Position numbers and translations under genes: made by a program
Notes under the pieces: model-generated
Told to the model about the DNA's origin: nothing
What the model saw: only the letters and a program-made list of their open reading frames with translations
Databases searched by the model: none
DNA from: Porphyridium purpureum
Taxonomy: Eukaryota
Reading direction: 5' to 3'
DNA length: 64,000 nt
Assembly (NCBI GenBank): GCA_008690995.1
Contig: VRMN01000001.1
Coordinates: forward strand, 2,790,001-2,854,000
Part shown: in pieces, positions 31,014 to 43,305 of the stretch
Layout of the letters: each line of letters starts with the position of its first letter
Position numbering within the stretch: the first letter of the stretch is position 1

Positions 31014-33941
31014 ATGCAAGCGGCTCGGCGGCGCGAGATGGCGACCGGCGAGTCCACGGCCGCGGAGGAGTGGGTCGCCATGTGGCCGGACGTGCAGCAG
31101 TTCCTGGAGGAACTGAGCGTCGTGGTGCTCTACGAGTCGGCGCGCACGCGAGGCACGGAGGCAGAGATGCGCGTCGATATCAAGACAATCAAGCGCCTGC
31201 GTGCGCAGGACCAAGAGCTCCAGGAGCTCGAGAGCAAGTCGCCCCACAACAAGGCGAGTGTGGGTGTGGGTGGTCGTGCGCTCACAATGTTGAGAGCATT
31301 CGCGCTGATGCTCGTTCAGAGCCAGAGCACCAGTCTCTACGCGCGGGTACTGGAGAAGATGCGGAACGTATTCGGCGACCCCGCCGCAACGGTAGCGCGG
31401 CACACAGTCAGTTTGGTGTTCTTGCATGAGTTCATTTTTTTCGCGTTGTTTGTAGACATAGCGGCTAACCCGGACACCTTACTCTTTCAACCGTGCGACA
31501 ATCGAAATGGGTTTGTCTCGGTCAAGAGTCTGCATGATGCGCAGAATTCAATCATTTCTGAGAGGACGGAGGTCGGGCTTCGCACCGTAAAGGAGGCGGT
31601 CGATGACTATCAAGACGAGGTGGAGGAATGGGTCGTCAAGCACAACGAGGACTGGAGTGGCGGACGTCAAGCAGCAAATAGGAAATGCTTGGATGCCGTC
31701 GCATCTAGCGCAATCGTTTCTGCAGTGTGCAAAACGGGGTTTTTGCCACATCTCGTGGCAAATGAGCTCGCGTCGTTCTACGTGGCGAGCATCGTGAAGA
31801 ATCTTGCGTTCTACGCGCCGCTGAAATCACCCCTTTTTGTGGCAAAGGGCTTGCATCTGCTCGCGGCGCTCATGCGCGAACATCCAGACGCTCTGCTACT
31901 GCAGGAACTGTGTCTCAAGGCATTTTACGTATTTTCTTTTCACGACGAATCATTGCAGCGCTCTCAGTGCATTGTGCGACGGAGAGTTCCGGAACTGGCG
32001 GTCACGGCCATGCGCAAGGCCCTTTCCTTTAAGCACCTGACATACCAGTGTCTTCATTTTCTCACGCGGTGTCTGGACTTGCGTTTATCTAGCAAGCACT
32101 TTGGAGATCGGGACCACTCGCTAATCACTTTGGTGCTGAACGCTCTGCGGGAGTACCAGTCTGACGCCAAGATCCGCGAGGCGGCGCTCGAGTTGCTTGT
32201 TCTCCTCACGCGTCCATCGAAATCTTCCCGGAATCGCACTCAAGCCCTTCAGGCTTTCACATCTTCCACTGACGGCGAGGGTGTCTCTCTGGTGCTTCAA
32301 TGCATTCGGATCGGTGCAACACAACAACCAGAGGTAGTGTTGAGCGGATGGATACTTCTGCGCATGTGTGCGCGATATGCGAAGGACGACTTTGTCCGTG
32401 AGCTGGCGAGTACCAAGAACAAAGGTATGGACTTGATTTGTAGCTCGGCTGTGGAAAGCTTGAAACTTGCTTTCGAGCCGGGATCTCGCACGGTCGAAAG
32501 AATCAACTACGACATTGTGTCTGCCATCATTCGTATCTTGCAGTACGTTTCGCTAAGCGAGGTTTTTCGTGACCTCATTCGCTCTCGATTGGAGGTATTC
32601 TGTATGCTTCAATGCAGTCTCGCAACTGTGACGGATCGTCTAGGGCAGGCATCATTGATCGAATCGGATGTTAGGAAAACTATGGACCTGGCTGCCTTCT
32701 GCTGCATTGCGGTGGGCAATTTGTGCCATGAGTGCGAGCAGCTTCGCGCCCAAGCCACCAAACTTGGCCTGCTTGATGCGAGTCTGACTCTCCTTGCCAC
32801 TCTTTTGGAGAACCTTCCAGATGCACGGCGTGTACGAGATGAGTTTGAAAAAGCGGGGCTCATCGGCAAGCATGAGGACTCTTGGCAGCAAAGACAGGGG
32901 GAGAGCCCGGCGCAAGGATCGATGTTTGCGGAAAGTGCCGAGTCTGTTGGGTACGCGTTGCGAGCTGTTCGACAAATGATTTCCTCCGGCAGACCAGGAA
33001 GTCTTGTAGAACCTGCACTTACCCTTGCTCTTCCTTCAGGTAAAAGTGACGAAGACGGAGAGGAATATGGCACGATTCGACCAGAGGCGCTGAGCTACGT
33101 ACTTGTTTCGCTTCGAACGTTTAAGCGAAACATTCGCGTATGGCAGCATGGGGTTGGTATTCTGCTCAAAATTTGCCTTGCTCCGTCGAGTGATGCGAAG
33201 CAGTGGCTGGCTGAGAACAGCGACTTTATAGAGGAGACGCTTTCCTTCTTGGCAGTGGAGGGTTCCTCTCGAGAATTTCAGATTCCGGTGACATTTTTGG
33301 AGAGCCCAGGTTCAAGGGTCAGCAGTGCTCAGACGGATGCAGAAGAGGTAGAGCAGCAGCATCAGGAGCAGGAGAGGCGCATGAAGTCTCTGGAGCGTGA
33401 CATAGAAAGCCTGAGGAGCTGGCTGAAGAAGCAGACCGGGTCAAGCGACTGCCGAAGTTCGTCAGCTGCTCTTCAATCCCATACGGCCCGAAGTCTGACC
33501 ATGCATGATGAATCAGTCCATGCATTCACTTCGGCAATGACACCATCTCCTGCATTTTCACTTCGACCGTCCACAGAATTTGAGTCAAGCCTGGTTCTTA
33601 ATCCGAGTTCCCACGCTGGAGACGGACAGAAAAATTCGACTGCGGCCTTGAAGTCATCTACACCATTCTCGGGTAGCGGACAAGATCGGATTAACAACGT
33701 CCGCTCGCTGGGTGATGTTCTCGAAAGCAGTGAAAGTGCTCGTCAGGCAAAACTCACCCCACGCGCGTTCGCACGATCTCAAACTCAAGTTCCCAAACAG
33801 CACAAGAAAGGATTTCGCCGTTTTCGGTCTTCAGCAGACACCCAAGGAACCGATTCAGGCAACAGTCTTTCCAATAGCCCTGCTTCAGGGCTTTGGAAGC
33901 GGCGCCCGCTTTTGAAAAAGCCGGCGTCATCGGTGCAGTGA
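31014..33941 (+). CDS. Large alpha-helical (ARM-repeat-like) protein
   Basis: About 975-aa open frame with repeated units such as GLHLLAALMREHPD..LQELCL and LVLNALREYQSD..IREAAL, followed by a disordered Ser-rich tail. Confidence 0.8.
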   Translation: MQAARRREMATGESTAAEEWVAMWPDVQQFLEELSVVVLYESARTRGTEAEMRVDIKTIKRLRAQDQELQELESKSPHNKASVGVGGRALTMLRAFALMLVQSQSTSLYARVLEKMRNVFGDPAATVARHTVSLVFLHEFIFFALFVDIAANPDTLLFQPCDNRNGFVSVKSLHDAQNSIISERTEVGLRTVKEAVDDYQDEVEEWVVKHNEDWSGGRQAANRKCLDAVASSAIVSAVCKTGFLPHLVANELASFYVASIVKNLAFYAPLKSPLFVAKGLHLLAALMREHPDALLLQELCLKAFYVFSFHDESLQRSQCIVRRRVPELAVTAMRKALSFKHLTYQCLHFLTRCLDLRLSSKHFGDRDHSLITLVLNALREYQSDAKIREAALELLVLLTRPSKSSRNRTQALQAFTSSTDGEGVSLVLQCIRIGATQQPEVVLSGWILLRMCARYAKDDFVRELASTKNKGMDLICSSAVESLKLAFEPGSRTVERINYDIVSAIIRILQYVSLSEVFRDLIRSRLEVFCMLQCSLATVTDRLGQASLIESDVRKTMDLAAFCCIAVGNLCHECEQLRAQATKLGLLDASLTLLATLLENLPDARRVRDEFEKAGLIGKHEDSWQQRQGESPAQGSMFAESAESVGYALRAVRQMISSGRPGSLVEPALTLALPSGKSDEDGEEYGTIRPEALSYVLVSLRTFKRNIRVWQHGVGILLKICLAPSSDAKQWLAENSDFIEETLSFLAVEGSSREFQIPVTFLESPGSRVSSAQTDAEEVEQQHQEQERRMKSLERDIESLRSWLKKQTGSSDCRSSSAALQSHTARSLTMHDESVHAFTSAMTPSPAFSLRPSTEFESSLVLNPSSHAGDGQKNSTAALKSSTPFSGSGQDRINNVRSLGDVLESSESARQAKLTPRAFARSQTQVPKQHKKGFRRFRSSADTQGTDSGNSLSNSPASGLWKRRPLLKKPASSVQ

Positions 33942-34481
33942 GCGTCCTGCACATATATCGAGTTGGACGGCGTAGTGGGTGGTAACGCAAATTTCTAACT
34001 TCGGTGCTTCGCAAGTTTGCGGGTACACGTAGAATTGTCGAATTTTACTGCAGCCAAGACGTACCTTCTTTATTGTAAAAGCTAATGATCATGCCTTTGT
34101 ACCACGTTCATCAAATGTTGCCAGTACTTGCCGATTCACCGTCACGCCGAGACCGAGCTTGGTTCTCTTTCCCCCTTTCTATCGGCGTCACAAAGCCTGG
34201 CATATCAGAAGTCTCGACGTGCAGATTTTGATACTGAGTGGCACATGGCTCTCCGTCCTGCTTCACAGATGCCAAAATCTGGAATGGGAAAAAACGAATG
34301 ATTCCGTGATTTCCACAGATGTGAACCATCAACGCTTTCACACCGTCCCATTTCCGTTTCAAGCAACACTGCTTCCTTTGGCCAGAATCGCAAGTGGTAG
34401 AGCTACTGCAGCTAGGGTGTCTTGTAAAGAAACGAAGTCTAACCCGCCTCCCTAGGACGAAGACTGAGAGGCACAAGACAA

Positions 34482-35564
34482 TTATTCCGGCGCTGGGTCT
34501 GACCGAATCGCTGCGTGATAATCATTTGCCCTTCGCACGGCCGTAAGTCTGCAGTCTGCTATGTCAAGTTGCGAGCACGCGACGTCTTGCGTTGCTGTGC
34601 TCGAGCGGCTTGCACCGGTGAAAGCACCAGCAGTCGAACGCACGCCACGATGAGGGGCCGATGAGCCTTCGATGTGCTGGCGGAGCGATGCACGGTTCTG
34701 GCGGGTTATTTCACGCGATACCGCGGTGTCTGAAAAAATGCGCCCGTCCTGCATCTGCACGACTCTGCTCGCGTAATTCCTCAGCATGATGTCATGCGTC
34801 ACCATGACAAGAGAAACGTCGTCGCGCTCGTGGATTTCTAGAAACATATTCATGATGATGTCAGTGGACTTTGTATCCAAGTCGCCCGTGGGCTCGTCCA
34901 GCAACAAAAGGCGCGGTGCATTGACGAGAGCGCGCGCGATAGTCACGCGCTGCTGCTCACCGCCCGAAAGCTGGGACGGAAAGTTGCGCACGCGGTGCAT
35001 CATGCCCACGCGCTCCAAGAGATAGTGCACGCGTCGCTTTCTCTCCGACGCGGTGTAACGACCAGAGAGCAACATTGGCAGTTCGACGTTGGCGAACACG
35101 CTGAGCGTCGGCAGCAGGTTGAATGCCTGAAACACAAACCCAATGTCATTCAGCCGAATGTCTGCCAGCTCGCTGTCCTTGGTTCTACCGGTGATTCGCC
35201 GTCCTAACAAAGTCACATCGCCTTTCGAGTGTCGGTCGATGGTGCCTAGAATGGAAAGCAGCGTTGACTTGCCACAACCGGACATCCCGTAAACAGCCAC
35301 AAACTCACCCCTTTGCACTCGAAAATCGACACCACGGAGCGCAGGCACTCCGTCTGCTCCAATCAGGTACGTCTTGTGTACATTCTTGAGCTCAATTACC
35401 ACATCCTCGTCCTGTGCCTCGGCTTCCTCCTTCGACACCGTTCCATCCGCCCTGCCCACTTCGCGTCGTGGAGAAAGGGCTCCCCGGGCCGCATCTAGTT
35501 CTACGTACGAGCGCGAGTCGCTCTCCCGCGCCGCCGACACCGAGGCCGCCGCCTCTCCGCTCAT
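34482..35564 (-). CDS. Stand-alone ABC ATP-binding protein, LolD/MacB/FtsE-like
   Basis: Walker [10 protein letters not shown]-loop [11 protein letters not shown], signature LSGGEQQRV, Walker [14 protein letters not shown]-loop VTHD. Confidence 0.95.
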   Translation of the reverse strand: MSGEAAASVSAARESDSRSYVELDAARGALSPRREVGRADGTVSKEEAEAQDEDVVIELKNVHKTYLIGADGVPALRGVDFRVQRGEFVAVYGMSGCGKSTLLSILGTIDRHSKGDVTLLGRRITGRTKDSELADIRLNDIGFVFQAFNLLPTLSVFANVELPMLLSGRYTASERKRRVHYLLERVGMMHRVRNFPSQLSGGEQQRVTIARALVNAPRLLLLDEPTGDLDTKSTDIIMNMFLEIHERDDVSLVMVTHDIMLRNYASRVVQMQDGRIFSDTAVSREITRQNRASLRQHIEGSSAPHRGVRSTAGAFTGASRSSTATQDVACSQLDIADCRLTAVRRANDYHAAIRSDPAPE

Positions 35565-35791
35565 TCTAAGGGGAAATAGTAATCAGCACTAACGCCTGTG
35601 TCTACCGGTCGGCCTTCCGAAATTTTGTTCTGGAAAGCCAGTCGTTGGGCTGTCTGGTGCAACGTATTCGACAGATGTTGAAAAGGCCCGACAGTGAGAC
35701 TGACGGCGAGTGCGGCTGTGGCGTTTCCAATTTACATGACTCATAGTGGCGGCACGTACTCTCAGAGACGTGCGAACGAATCGACCTTCGC

Positions 35792-36876
35792 TTAAATTTG
35801 GACCCGTGCCAGGCTTTCTGAAAGATCTTCATCTTTCAGTTGCGTCGCAGCCTGTCTCTCGAGCTTTTGTCTCCTGCCGTACGCAATACGGTCGCGCGCC
35901 CAACCAATCTGGGCTTTCAATGCATCAAACTCGTCAGCATGCTCCTTTATAAAGGCACTGAAAGGCAGTTCGCGAATCTTTTCGCGCACGTCTCCAACAA
36001 GCACGCCCGCATTTGAAACATGTTCCAAATAGAGTGCCACCCAAACGAGCGTTTCGTCTTTCTCAAAGTCGATTTTCACAGTGGAAGCTTCCGCTTTGTC
36101 GTCCGTTCCGGAGGTCCCCGATTTTCGAACTACCGCCAAGGACTCCCCTTCCGGTACAAATTCAGATACATGGATCAAATTATGCGGCTGCAGGCGCAGC
36201 TTGGCCGCACCGTCATCCACAATCACACTGTTGGTCGCGTCGAACGCACAATCTGGAATCTCCCACACCTTTGTCAAGTCCTTGAGCGTCGACCACGTTT
36301 TCTTGCCCTGCGGGTCAGGTGTGCACTTTTCTCTGCTGAACAAGAAATAAATCTGGTCTCGTACCGGACGGGACGCCAATGTTGACGAGCGTGACTCTGC
36401 CTCCTGGCGTTCGGTACCTGCGCGCGGCTCGCCTGCTCTGGCCCTCGATGTAGCCGTTAGAGTGCCAAGCGGCTTTAATGTTCATCCTTGAATATGATGT
36501 CCTTCATCCCTGAATCACCTGCAGGTGCCTTGATGCGCGGGGCTTGATGGATCACCTGTCCCAGCACGTTCTCCGTCGAGCGATAGACGTTCTTGTGCAT
36601 CATGGAAGACCACACCCCGACCGTGTGTCGTCTAAACAAATAGTCGAGAAAGTCGTCCACGTACGGACGCAGCCAGCACGTGTACTTAGCATACCTAAAG
36701 TCAGGCGCGCGCCTGGGCGTCTGTCGGTTAGACCTTTTGTGTGAATCACGGTACTGCAGCACGCCATTCACGTCCAGGATCACCAGCAGTCCGCTTTTCA
36801 GTGGTGGCGGAGCCCCCACCCTTGCGCGGCTCACATGTCTGATCAGGGGCTCTAGGGTCAGCCCGCACTCGCCCAT
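35792..36876 (-). CDS. FCP1/NIF-family HAD phosphatase-like protein, split by a frameshift or intron near 36480
   Basis: The 5' ORF has LVILDVNGVL, LRPYVDDFLDYLF and VGVWSS. The 3' ORF has FLFSREKC, KDLTKVW and NSVIVDD..K...QPHNLI. The two halves are in different frames. Confidence 0.8.
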
Positions 36877-37437
36877 CTCCTCACGAGTACGTCCTCAGTA
36901 TTCCGACCCTCAATCTCGCTTGTGCGCACCTTGGCCACTCCAACCACGCACACCCTTTTGACCGCGCGATTTCACTGTACACTACTCGTCCCTCACAACG
37001 CCCGACAAAAATGCGACACCTTGACTGTTTTGCTATGCGGCAGGTTCACTGTACTCCGCTAGAGAAGCAAAGTCCCTGCCGCACCCGATGAAGCTCAGCC
37101 GACTGCTGCGTACTGATGTCGCCGCCGCTGCCCTGTGCCCTTTGCCCTCTGCCCTGGCATGCTCGGCTGTCTGCGCAAAGAGCGCCTTGCACACGTCCAC
37201 TTGACATGCTCCGTCATAGCTGAATCTGGTCCTCGCACGGCCATCTAGGCACGCGGTTCGTGTCGACAAGGCGCCAACTCGTTCTGCGGAGCCGCATATA
37301 TGGCGCGGAAACCGGTTTGGATGTTCCTTGGAGCCGCGCGTGTTCCGCGTTATCGGTTGAACCGGAAGAACCGCGAACCTCGTGAGTGGATTTCCGTGAG
37401 GGCAGTGGGTGTGTGGATGTGCAGGGCGTAGGGAACG

Positions 37438-37836
37438 ATGCGGGCTGCGGTGGTTGCGCCTCAGGATGAGCGTGACACAACTGTGACGCGCAGCGACCAG
37501 AATGACATCAACCGGTTTGCGCGGCTGTTGAACGAGCGGATCGACACGGGGCACACGCTGCGGATGCGCCGCGAGCTGCTCCGGCTGCACGACGACGCCG
37601 CCGATGAGCTGATTCTTGCCGACGATGACGAGCTTGTGCAGCATGTGGTGGGCGACGTGTTTTGCTACGCGCCTAAAAGTGAGGTGGAAGCGCGCATTCA
37701 GGAGCAGAAGGAGAAGCTCGAGGCAGAGATTGCCGACCTCGACGCGCAACTCGCGGCCATCGTTGACGAAATGCAGAAGCTCAAGTCGCACCTGTACGCC
37801 AAGTTTGGTAACACAATCAATCTCGAAGAATCGTGA
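37438..37836 (+). CDS. PFD4: Prefoldin subunit 4
   Basis: VTRSDQNDINRFARL, VGDVF hairpin and C-terminal LKSHLYAKFGNTINLE. Confidence 0.93.
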   Translation: MRAAVVAPQDERDTTVTRSDQNDINRFARLLNERIDTGHTLRMRRELLRLHDDAADELILADDDELVQHVVGDVFCYAPKSEVEARIQEQKEKLEAEIADLDAQLAAIVDEMQKLKSHLYAKFGNTINLEES

Positions 37837-38277
37837 TGATCATGTAGAATGAATCACTCGCGTTGCGGCTAATCCTCTCCGCCTCGGAGAGTGTCTTCCC
37901 TGCTCGAGCGTGTCCATGTACTCGGCACGCTATGGACAAGGCGGAGAAGATGAAGTAAAGGTTGCTTCGCATGTACCACCATTTCTAATCTCCCCATAGA
38001 GTTCGAATCTACGCATCAGATGGGACGCGGGACAAGAACCAGGGCACAATATGCGCACAGGCTCATTCCTACAGATCTCCCCATGCAATTCGTGGTGGTT
38101 GCTAGAGGCGGTCAAACAGAAAAGCAAAACAAAAGAAGAAATGGCCTTGCCTTTCTGGAGAACGACCTCAAACACAGAGCCTCAGGGACAGAATCGCCTT
38201 GCGTTGTTGCTCACTACAGCGGCATTCTTGTGATCATCATAAAAGTGCACTGAGCGGAACCAGACAGCCGTTTCGTC

Positions 38278-39381
38278 ATGCCTTTCTTGGAGTTCGCGTT
38301 CGGCGCGGCTGCGGCCTGCAGAGCTTGGCGCTGTCGGCGGTACTGGGAAATGCGAAGCTGGCTGCGTCGGCACCCAAGATGGCGGCGGGCATATGCGCGA
38401 TGGCGTCTGCACCGGCTGGACTGGACGATGCTTCACGCGCCGTACCGACCACCCAAGGAGTACGAGTACATCTTCGAGGAGGAACGCATCTTCAAGCCCG
38501 AGCATCGCGTTTGGGAACTGCCGTGGGACTTGATCAAGCTGGACCCAAAGACACGACGCGAAGAAATGATCCTTGCGGCCAGGCTCTGGGCTCATGGATG
38601 GCTTGCTTTCTTTCGACGGAAGGACCCCGCAGAATATTCACCCCTGTGGAGGGAGGTCGCGGCGCAGGAGGAGCAGATTAGACTTCGAAAGGCGGGCAAA
38701 TTGATTGAGCAGATCGAAGAGTTTCGAGAGATTTCTGCAGACGCGACTCGCGATCTGGAAGACGAGCTGCTGAGAACAACCAAGGGCATGAAATCTGTGA
38801 AACGTTCTTCGCTGCAGGAAGAAGCCGCTAGTGTACTGAGCTCGCGCGCGTCCGTGCTCCAGGAGGCCACACGCTCGTTCGTGCTAGGATATAGGGAAGG
38901 GGTCAAACTGCAAGATGAAAGACGCGACCAGGACATGGAATTTTTATTCAAAACGCAGACGGAGTTTGTTGAGAATGCCAAACAGGCATATGCGAGTTTT
39001 CGCGAGGAAGCAACAGGCTCGACGGGCAGACAACAGCCTGGCGCTGCTTTCACCGCCGATGAGAAGGCAGCTGGCTCACCATTCCGTGAAGTGCCGCGAT
39101 GGGGTGCCCGGAATGATCAGGCGGGAAGCGTTTCTGCACCGCAGCAATCTGCAAAAGTTGGGGCTGACCACGAACCGGATTCACAACAAGGGCACAACCG
39201 TCGACCAGTGGAATCGGTCGAGAAAGCGGGCACTATTCTGAAAGGACTTCGCACCAGATGGAAGCAATTCCTAGCCGATGACGGGGATGAGACGACGACG
39301 TCTAAGCAGGACGACAAGTCAGACGGCCAACCAGCTGCATGGTTTCGGGAGCGCCGATCATCAGGCGATCCTCATCAGTAA
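38278..39381 (+). CDS. Hypothetical protein (367 aa)
   Basis: Long ATG-initiated ORF with an R/W-rich N-terminus and a helical middle; no family recognised. Confidence 0.7.
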   Translation: MPFLEFAFGAAAACRAWRCRRYWEMRSWLRRHPRWRRAYARWRLHRLDWTMLHAPYRPPKEYEYIFEEERIFKPEHRVWELPWDLIKLDPKTRREEMILAARLWAHGWLAFFRRKDPAEYSPLWREVAAQEEQIRLRKAGKLIEQIEEFREISADATRDLEDELLRTTKGMKSVKRSSLQEEAASVLSSRASVLQEATRSFVLGYREGVKLQDERRDQDMEFLFKTQTEFVENAKQAYASFREEATGSTGRQQPGAAFTADEKAAGSPFREVPRWGARNDQAGSVSAPQQSAKVGADHEPDSQQGHNRRPVESVEKAGTILKGLRTRWKQFLADDGDETTTSKQDDKSDGQPAAWFRERRSSGDPHQ

Positions 39382-39407
39382 TCAGTAAGACTTAACTTTA
39401 AAATTAT

Positions 39408-40421
39408 TTACCAGTCGATGAGACCTCGCGCCTTGCCGTCTTCCATGTAGTCTGTCAGCATCGGAACAGGGCTCTCAAGCCCTTTTGCTTTGGCCAATTC
39501 AGCGAAGCCATAGAAAAATCCGCAGCGCAGATCAAAATCCTCGCGGACATCTGCCTTGACGTGGGCCATAGTCGCGGCATACAGGCACGCTCGATCCGCC
39601 GTACCGTGGAGAAGCGATACGGCGAGACCAAAGCGGATAAACCGGGCAAGCTCGTAAGTCAAATCCTCTAGCTCATCACGATGTTGCGCCGCAGTTTCTG
39701 ACAGCGAAAGACCGCCATGCACACTGCCGATCAAATGCAGCGCACTCAGCCATACCAATTTCTCAAAGTACCCGCGCCGATAAGCCTGAGAGAATACCAC
39801 GCTGCACTTGAGCTCTGCTCGTTCGATGCGCTCAGCAAACGCAGTTGCCCACTTGCCCGTCACCAATGTCAAGCCATCATCTTCATCGGCGGCGTCCTCC
39901 GCAACCATCTCTCTGGGCTTTCCGCCCAAACGCGGAATACAAAAGCACAGATGCGCTCTCGTATTGTCTTGCAAGCCAAGTCGGCGAAAGAGCGATTCAA
40001 CGGCGCCCTCTTGCACCAGCACGAGGTCCTCGAGTTTGGATTCCGGGCAAGCACTTACAACAGTCTCCAGTTGCGCCGCAGGTACGCATGCATACACTGG
40101 CCCAGGATGATCAGGCGGAATCAGCCCGCCCTTCGGTAGGACGAGGTCGTCGCCACGACCTACGTTCGCCAAAAATGTACCCAGTCGGCCAGACCCTACA
40201 ATGACGCTTGCCTGGTCACGCAACCGCTCCACGTCTTCAGGCTTCCTGTTCAAGGACTCAAAGTACTCGAGCAGCGGACGAGAATCGCTGTAGCCTTGCA
40301 TACACGGGCCGACACGGCGCCGGGCAACATGCTGCACATTGACTGCCACCGCTCGGCGTTCCTGCAATGACGACGTACGAAATGTGAACGCACCGCCGGC
40401 GCAGCTGATGAATCCCGCCAT
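39408..40421 (-). CDS. Conserved algal/plant Rossmann-fold protein (ketopantoate-reductase-like fold), probably plastid-targeted
   Basis: VIVGSGRLG, GPVYACV, DLVLVQEG, GKWA.AFAERI and EKLVWLSA..L.G. Transit-peptide-like start MAGFISC. Confidence 0.8.
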   Translation of the reverse strand: MAGFISCAGGAFTFRTSSLQERRAVAVNVQHVARRRVGPCMQGYSDSRPLLEYFESLNRKPEDVERLRDQASVIVGSGRLGTFLANVGRGDDLVLPKGGLIPPDHPGPVYACVPAAQLETVVSACPESKLEDLVLVQEGAVESLFRRLGLQDNTRAHLCFCIPRLGGKPREMVAEDAADEDDGLTLVTGKWATAFAERIERAELKCSVVFSQAYRRGYFEKLVWLSALHLIGSVHGGLSLSETAAQHRDELEDLTYELARFIRFGLAVSLLHGTADRACLYAATMAHVKADVREDFDLRCGFFYGFAELAKAKGLESPVPMLTDYMEDGKARGLIDW

Positions 40422-43305
40422 CTTGAAATTCCCGCAACGCACCTTCAATGACACGATGTCTCTCGATCTCGTGGATCCGGCATATTGCGATGTAAGCACG
40501 CCGTGTTGAGGCGCGGAACCTTGTTTCCAAGCTGAGCACAAGGAACAATTGTGATCACGGAGGTTGTTCTACGGCTTCGAGAAAGCCTTTACCTGCCGAG
40601 AATGTAGACTAACGTATGCAAGATCTAGTCCTCCCGGTGATGTGTTAAAGTTCGCCTAGTCCGAAACTCAAATTCAGCGGGGTCCCAAAACACTGTGTCG
40701 TGGATTTCACCAGAAAGGTCATGCTCTCATGCTGGAGCCCGAAATCCCAAACGCTTTACAATTGCACTGGAAAACAATCTTTGCTCCGTGTACATCGCAG
40801 TCCACGACTGCTCATTGATCCTTAAAGCCATTTTGAAACACCTTCGCGCCGCCCAGATGTGCATTAAATGTCACGCACGTGCTGCACATCTTGAACGACT
40901 TGGACGTGTGAGCTTCATTCACTAGCACCAGCAAGCAGCCCCGCGTGGCCGTGCATCTAGCTCACAAGGGGTCGCTGACCATCTGAGTTCAATTTAGACG
41001 AATGCGCTATCTGTTAGTCTTTCGAAATTGAGAATGCACGACAGGAATGCACGGTCCAAGGCCAGACACCGTTCAAAACCCGTCCGAAACCTGTTCTCTA
41101 AACGGGTACATTGGTCGGCGAGAACGAGAACAACAACGGCACGGCGTCGCCAGCCTTCGAGCACGGCACAGTTCTTCGTCGGCTTGTGTACTGCCGATAC
41201 CGTCTCGCCCGGCAAAGTGTTATCACAACCAAAATGAAGTCGTCGCCATTCCGTTTGATCAACGCTTGTACCTGGAAAGTCATGCAGAAATTGTGGCAGA
41301 GGCCAGAATCTCATGGTTGAGTTTCGGATAGGCACACTCGGTGCTCATGAGTAGAGGCCCTCCGCATGGGGCTTATTTTCGTACGAAGAAGATCCCGGGT
41401 TCTGCATATCTTACGACTCAAGTCGGCGACCCATGCATGCATAAGATCCAAGCCCTTCGATTGTGAAGCCGGCTCCATTTGGACAAACTGCATCAAACTC
41501 GAGAACCCCAGTCTCAGATTTTATTCAGACGAGAGTACCTTTCCGAATGTGGTGGCGGTATTTCCCTTTCTGCCCGCGAGTCCTTAGATGCGCGGCACGC
41601 AGTACTGGCTTGGACTTTGTCATCTTCTCGGCGCTGTTGGCCGAAACACTCGACGAGCGAATACCAGAAACATCGCAAACCAAGTGCCCGATTAAACCGC
41701 GCAGCGCGGCGTCACACAATCTTGCTGATTTGTAGAGCGTCCGTTTGTTCCTTGCCCGTGCTGAAAGACGCTGGTGCTCAACGTGTCGGTGACATGCAGA
41801 GCCAGATTCGCTCGCGTATATGATTCCACTTTCCCATCACGCTGCCATATTCGGAGTCTAGATCTGGCTACGTAAAGATCATCAAATCGTTCATCTCCAA
41901 GGTTGCATCGTCCCACGCCACCTTCAGGACGCCCAGGACGCCATGTACGTCATGGCTAAAGTAGCGGTAGATCATTGCTAGCCGAGGAACGCATCTTGCT
42001 AGTACTGCCGGGGGAATGCGCAAATGCACACCAGCAAAAGAACATGCGTATAGTTACACGGAAGAATCTTCCAACGCGCAAAGACGGAGCTAACATTCGT
42101 TCACCGGCATCGAAACGAATAGACGATCCTAAGTCTCTCGTGCCTCTGAAAAATGGTTCTTTGCGCTACTAGTAGTGTCGCCTTCTTCTCCCACATCTGA
42201 AATCGCAAGCGGGAACCATGTTTTTCATCGTCATTGTCATCACTCGGAGCATCCGTGCGTTGCATGAATCGCACAATAATTTGAAAATCTATGACTCTCT
42301 GTTTGTCGCGCTTCTCGGCTCGCTCATTGCGGTCTCCGAGTACGTGTGTCCACGATGCAGGCTCAATACCTCGCCAACTGATCAAGAGCTGCGTCAAAGA
42401 ACGATGTGTATAGTTGCTAGGCTTCTCAACGCCCCCATAGGAAACTTAATCCTTTCGCGTTCCACAAACGGTGTTAGGCATTTTCCAAACAATGGTGCAA
42501 AGCCGGCTGCTACACCTGCTTTGAATTGCTTTCCATCATCGTGTCAGGATCGCCTCTTGCATCTCTCTGTTTCGGCAGCATCAACTCGAGCGCCCTGCTG
42601 CTCACCTTTCAGACTATGCTTCCGAATCGCATCCAAATGCCTTGCCAACAACCGCCGACGCATAAAATTCCCACCTCCGTTTCTCACTTGGACACTCTCT
42701 CGCGGGCCCAAGAAATCTCATCGTTCAGAGTCGTAGCGTATTCCAGTGTACTCCGCATCTTTGTGTTACACACCCTGGGACATGATAAAAGCCAACACGA
42801 TGCGACGATGCAACGCATCGCGAATTGCGTCAGTCGCGCCTGTCAGGACACTTAATTTCCGCGGACACAGGAACAAAATGAGAAAAGAGCTACTCCCATT
42901 CACGCTCGCTCGCAAAGATGAATAAAAGGCAATCGCAGAGCCTATGCTTTCAAACATAGATCCTGCGAAAGAAGGATTGGGTAGTGAAGACAGTACGGAT
43001 GATCATGAGATAGATGCACATGCAGCCGTTGAAACCACAGAAGTCTCCTTTCCGTTGGAATCATCGAATGTGCGTACCACAAGGTCGCGGTCTCTGAAGC
43101 GTTCACTCCCAGCTGCTGATTCATTGCAAACTCACGAACGTCAAAGTTTGCTCCTGTGCTCAAGGAGCAAAATGGAGCGGTAACAACGACAGGAGTCAGC
43201 GCATGCGCACGGACATCCAGCCGAGGCACCTCACTGTGTCGGGTACACTGGCATACCGATGCGACTATTCGGATGACGCCGACGACAATCTTACCGGCGT
43301 CGGGG

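Noticed and set aside
37438..37836. Prefoldin 4 as part of a Pol II assembly cluster with RPB2 and GPN2
   Set aside because: It is about 17 kb away, and PFD4 belongs to canonical prefoldin rather than the R2TP-associated prefoldin-like module.
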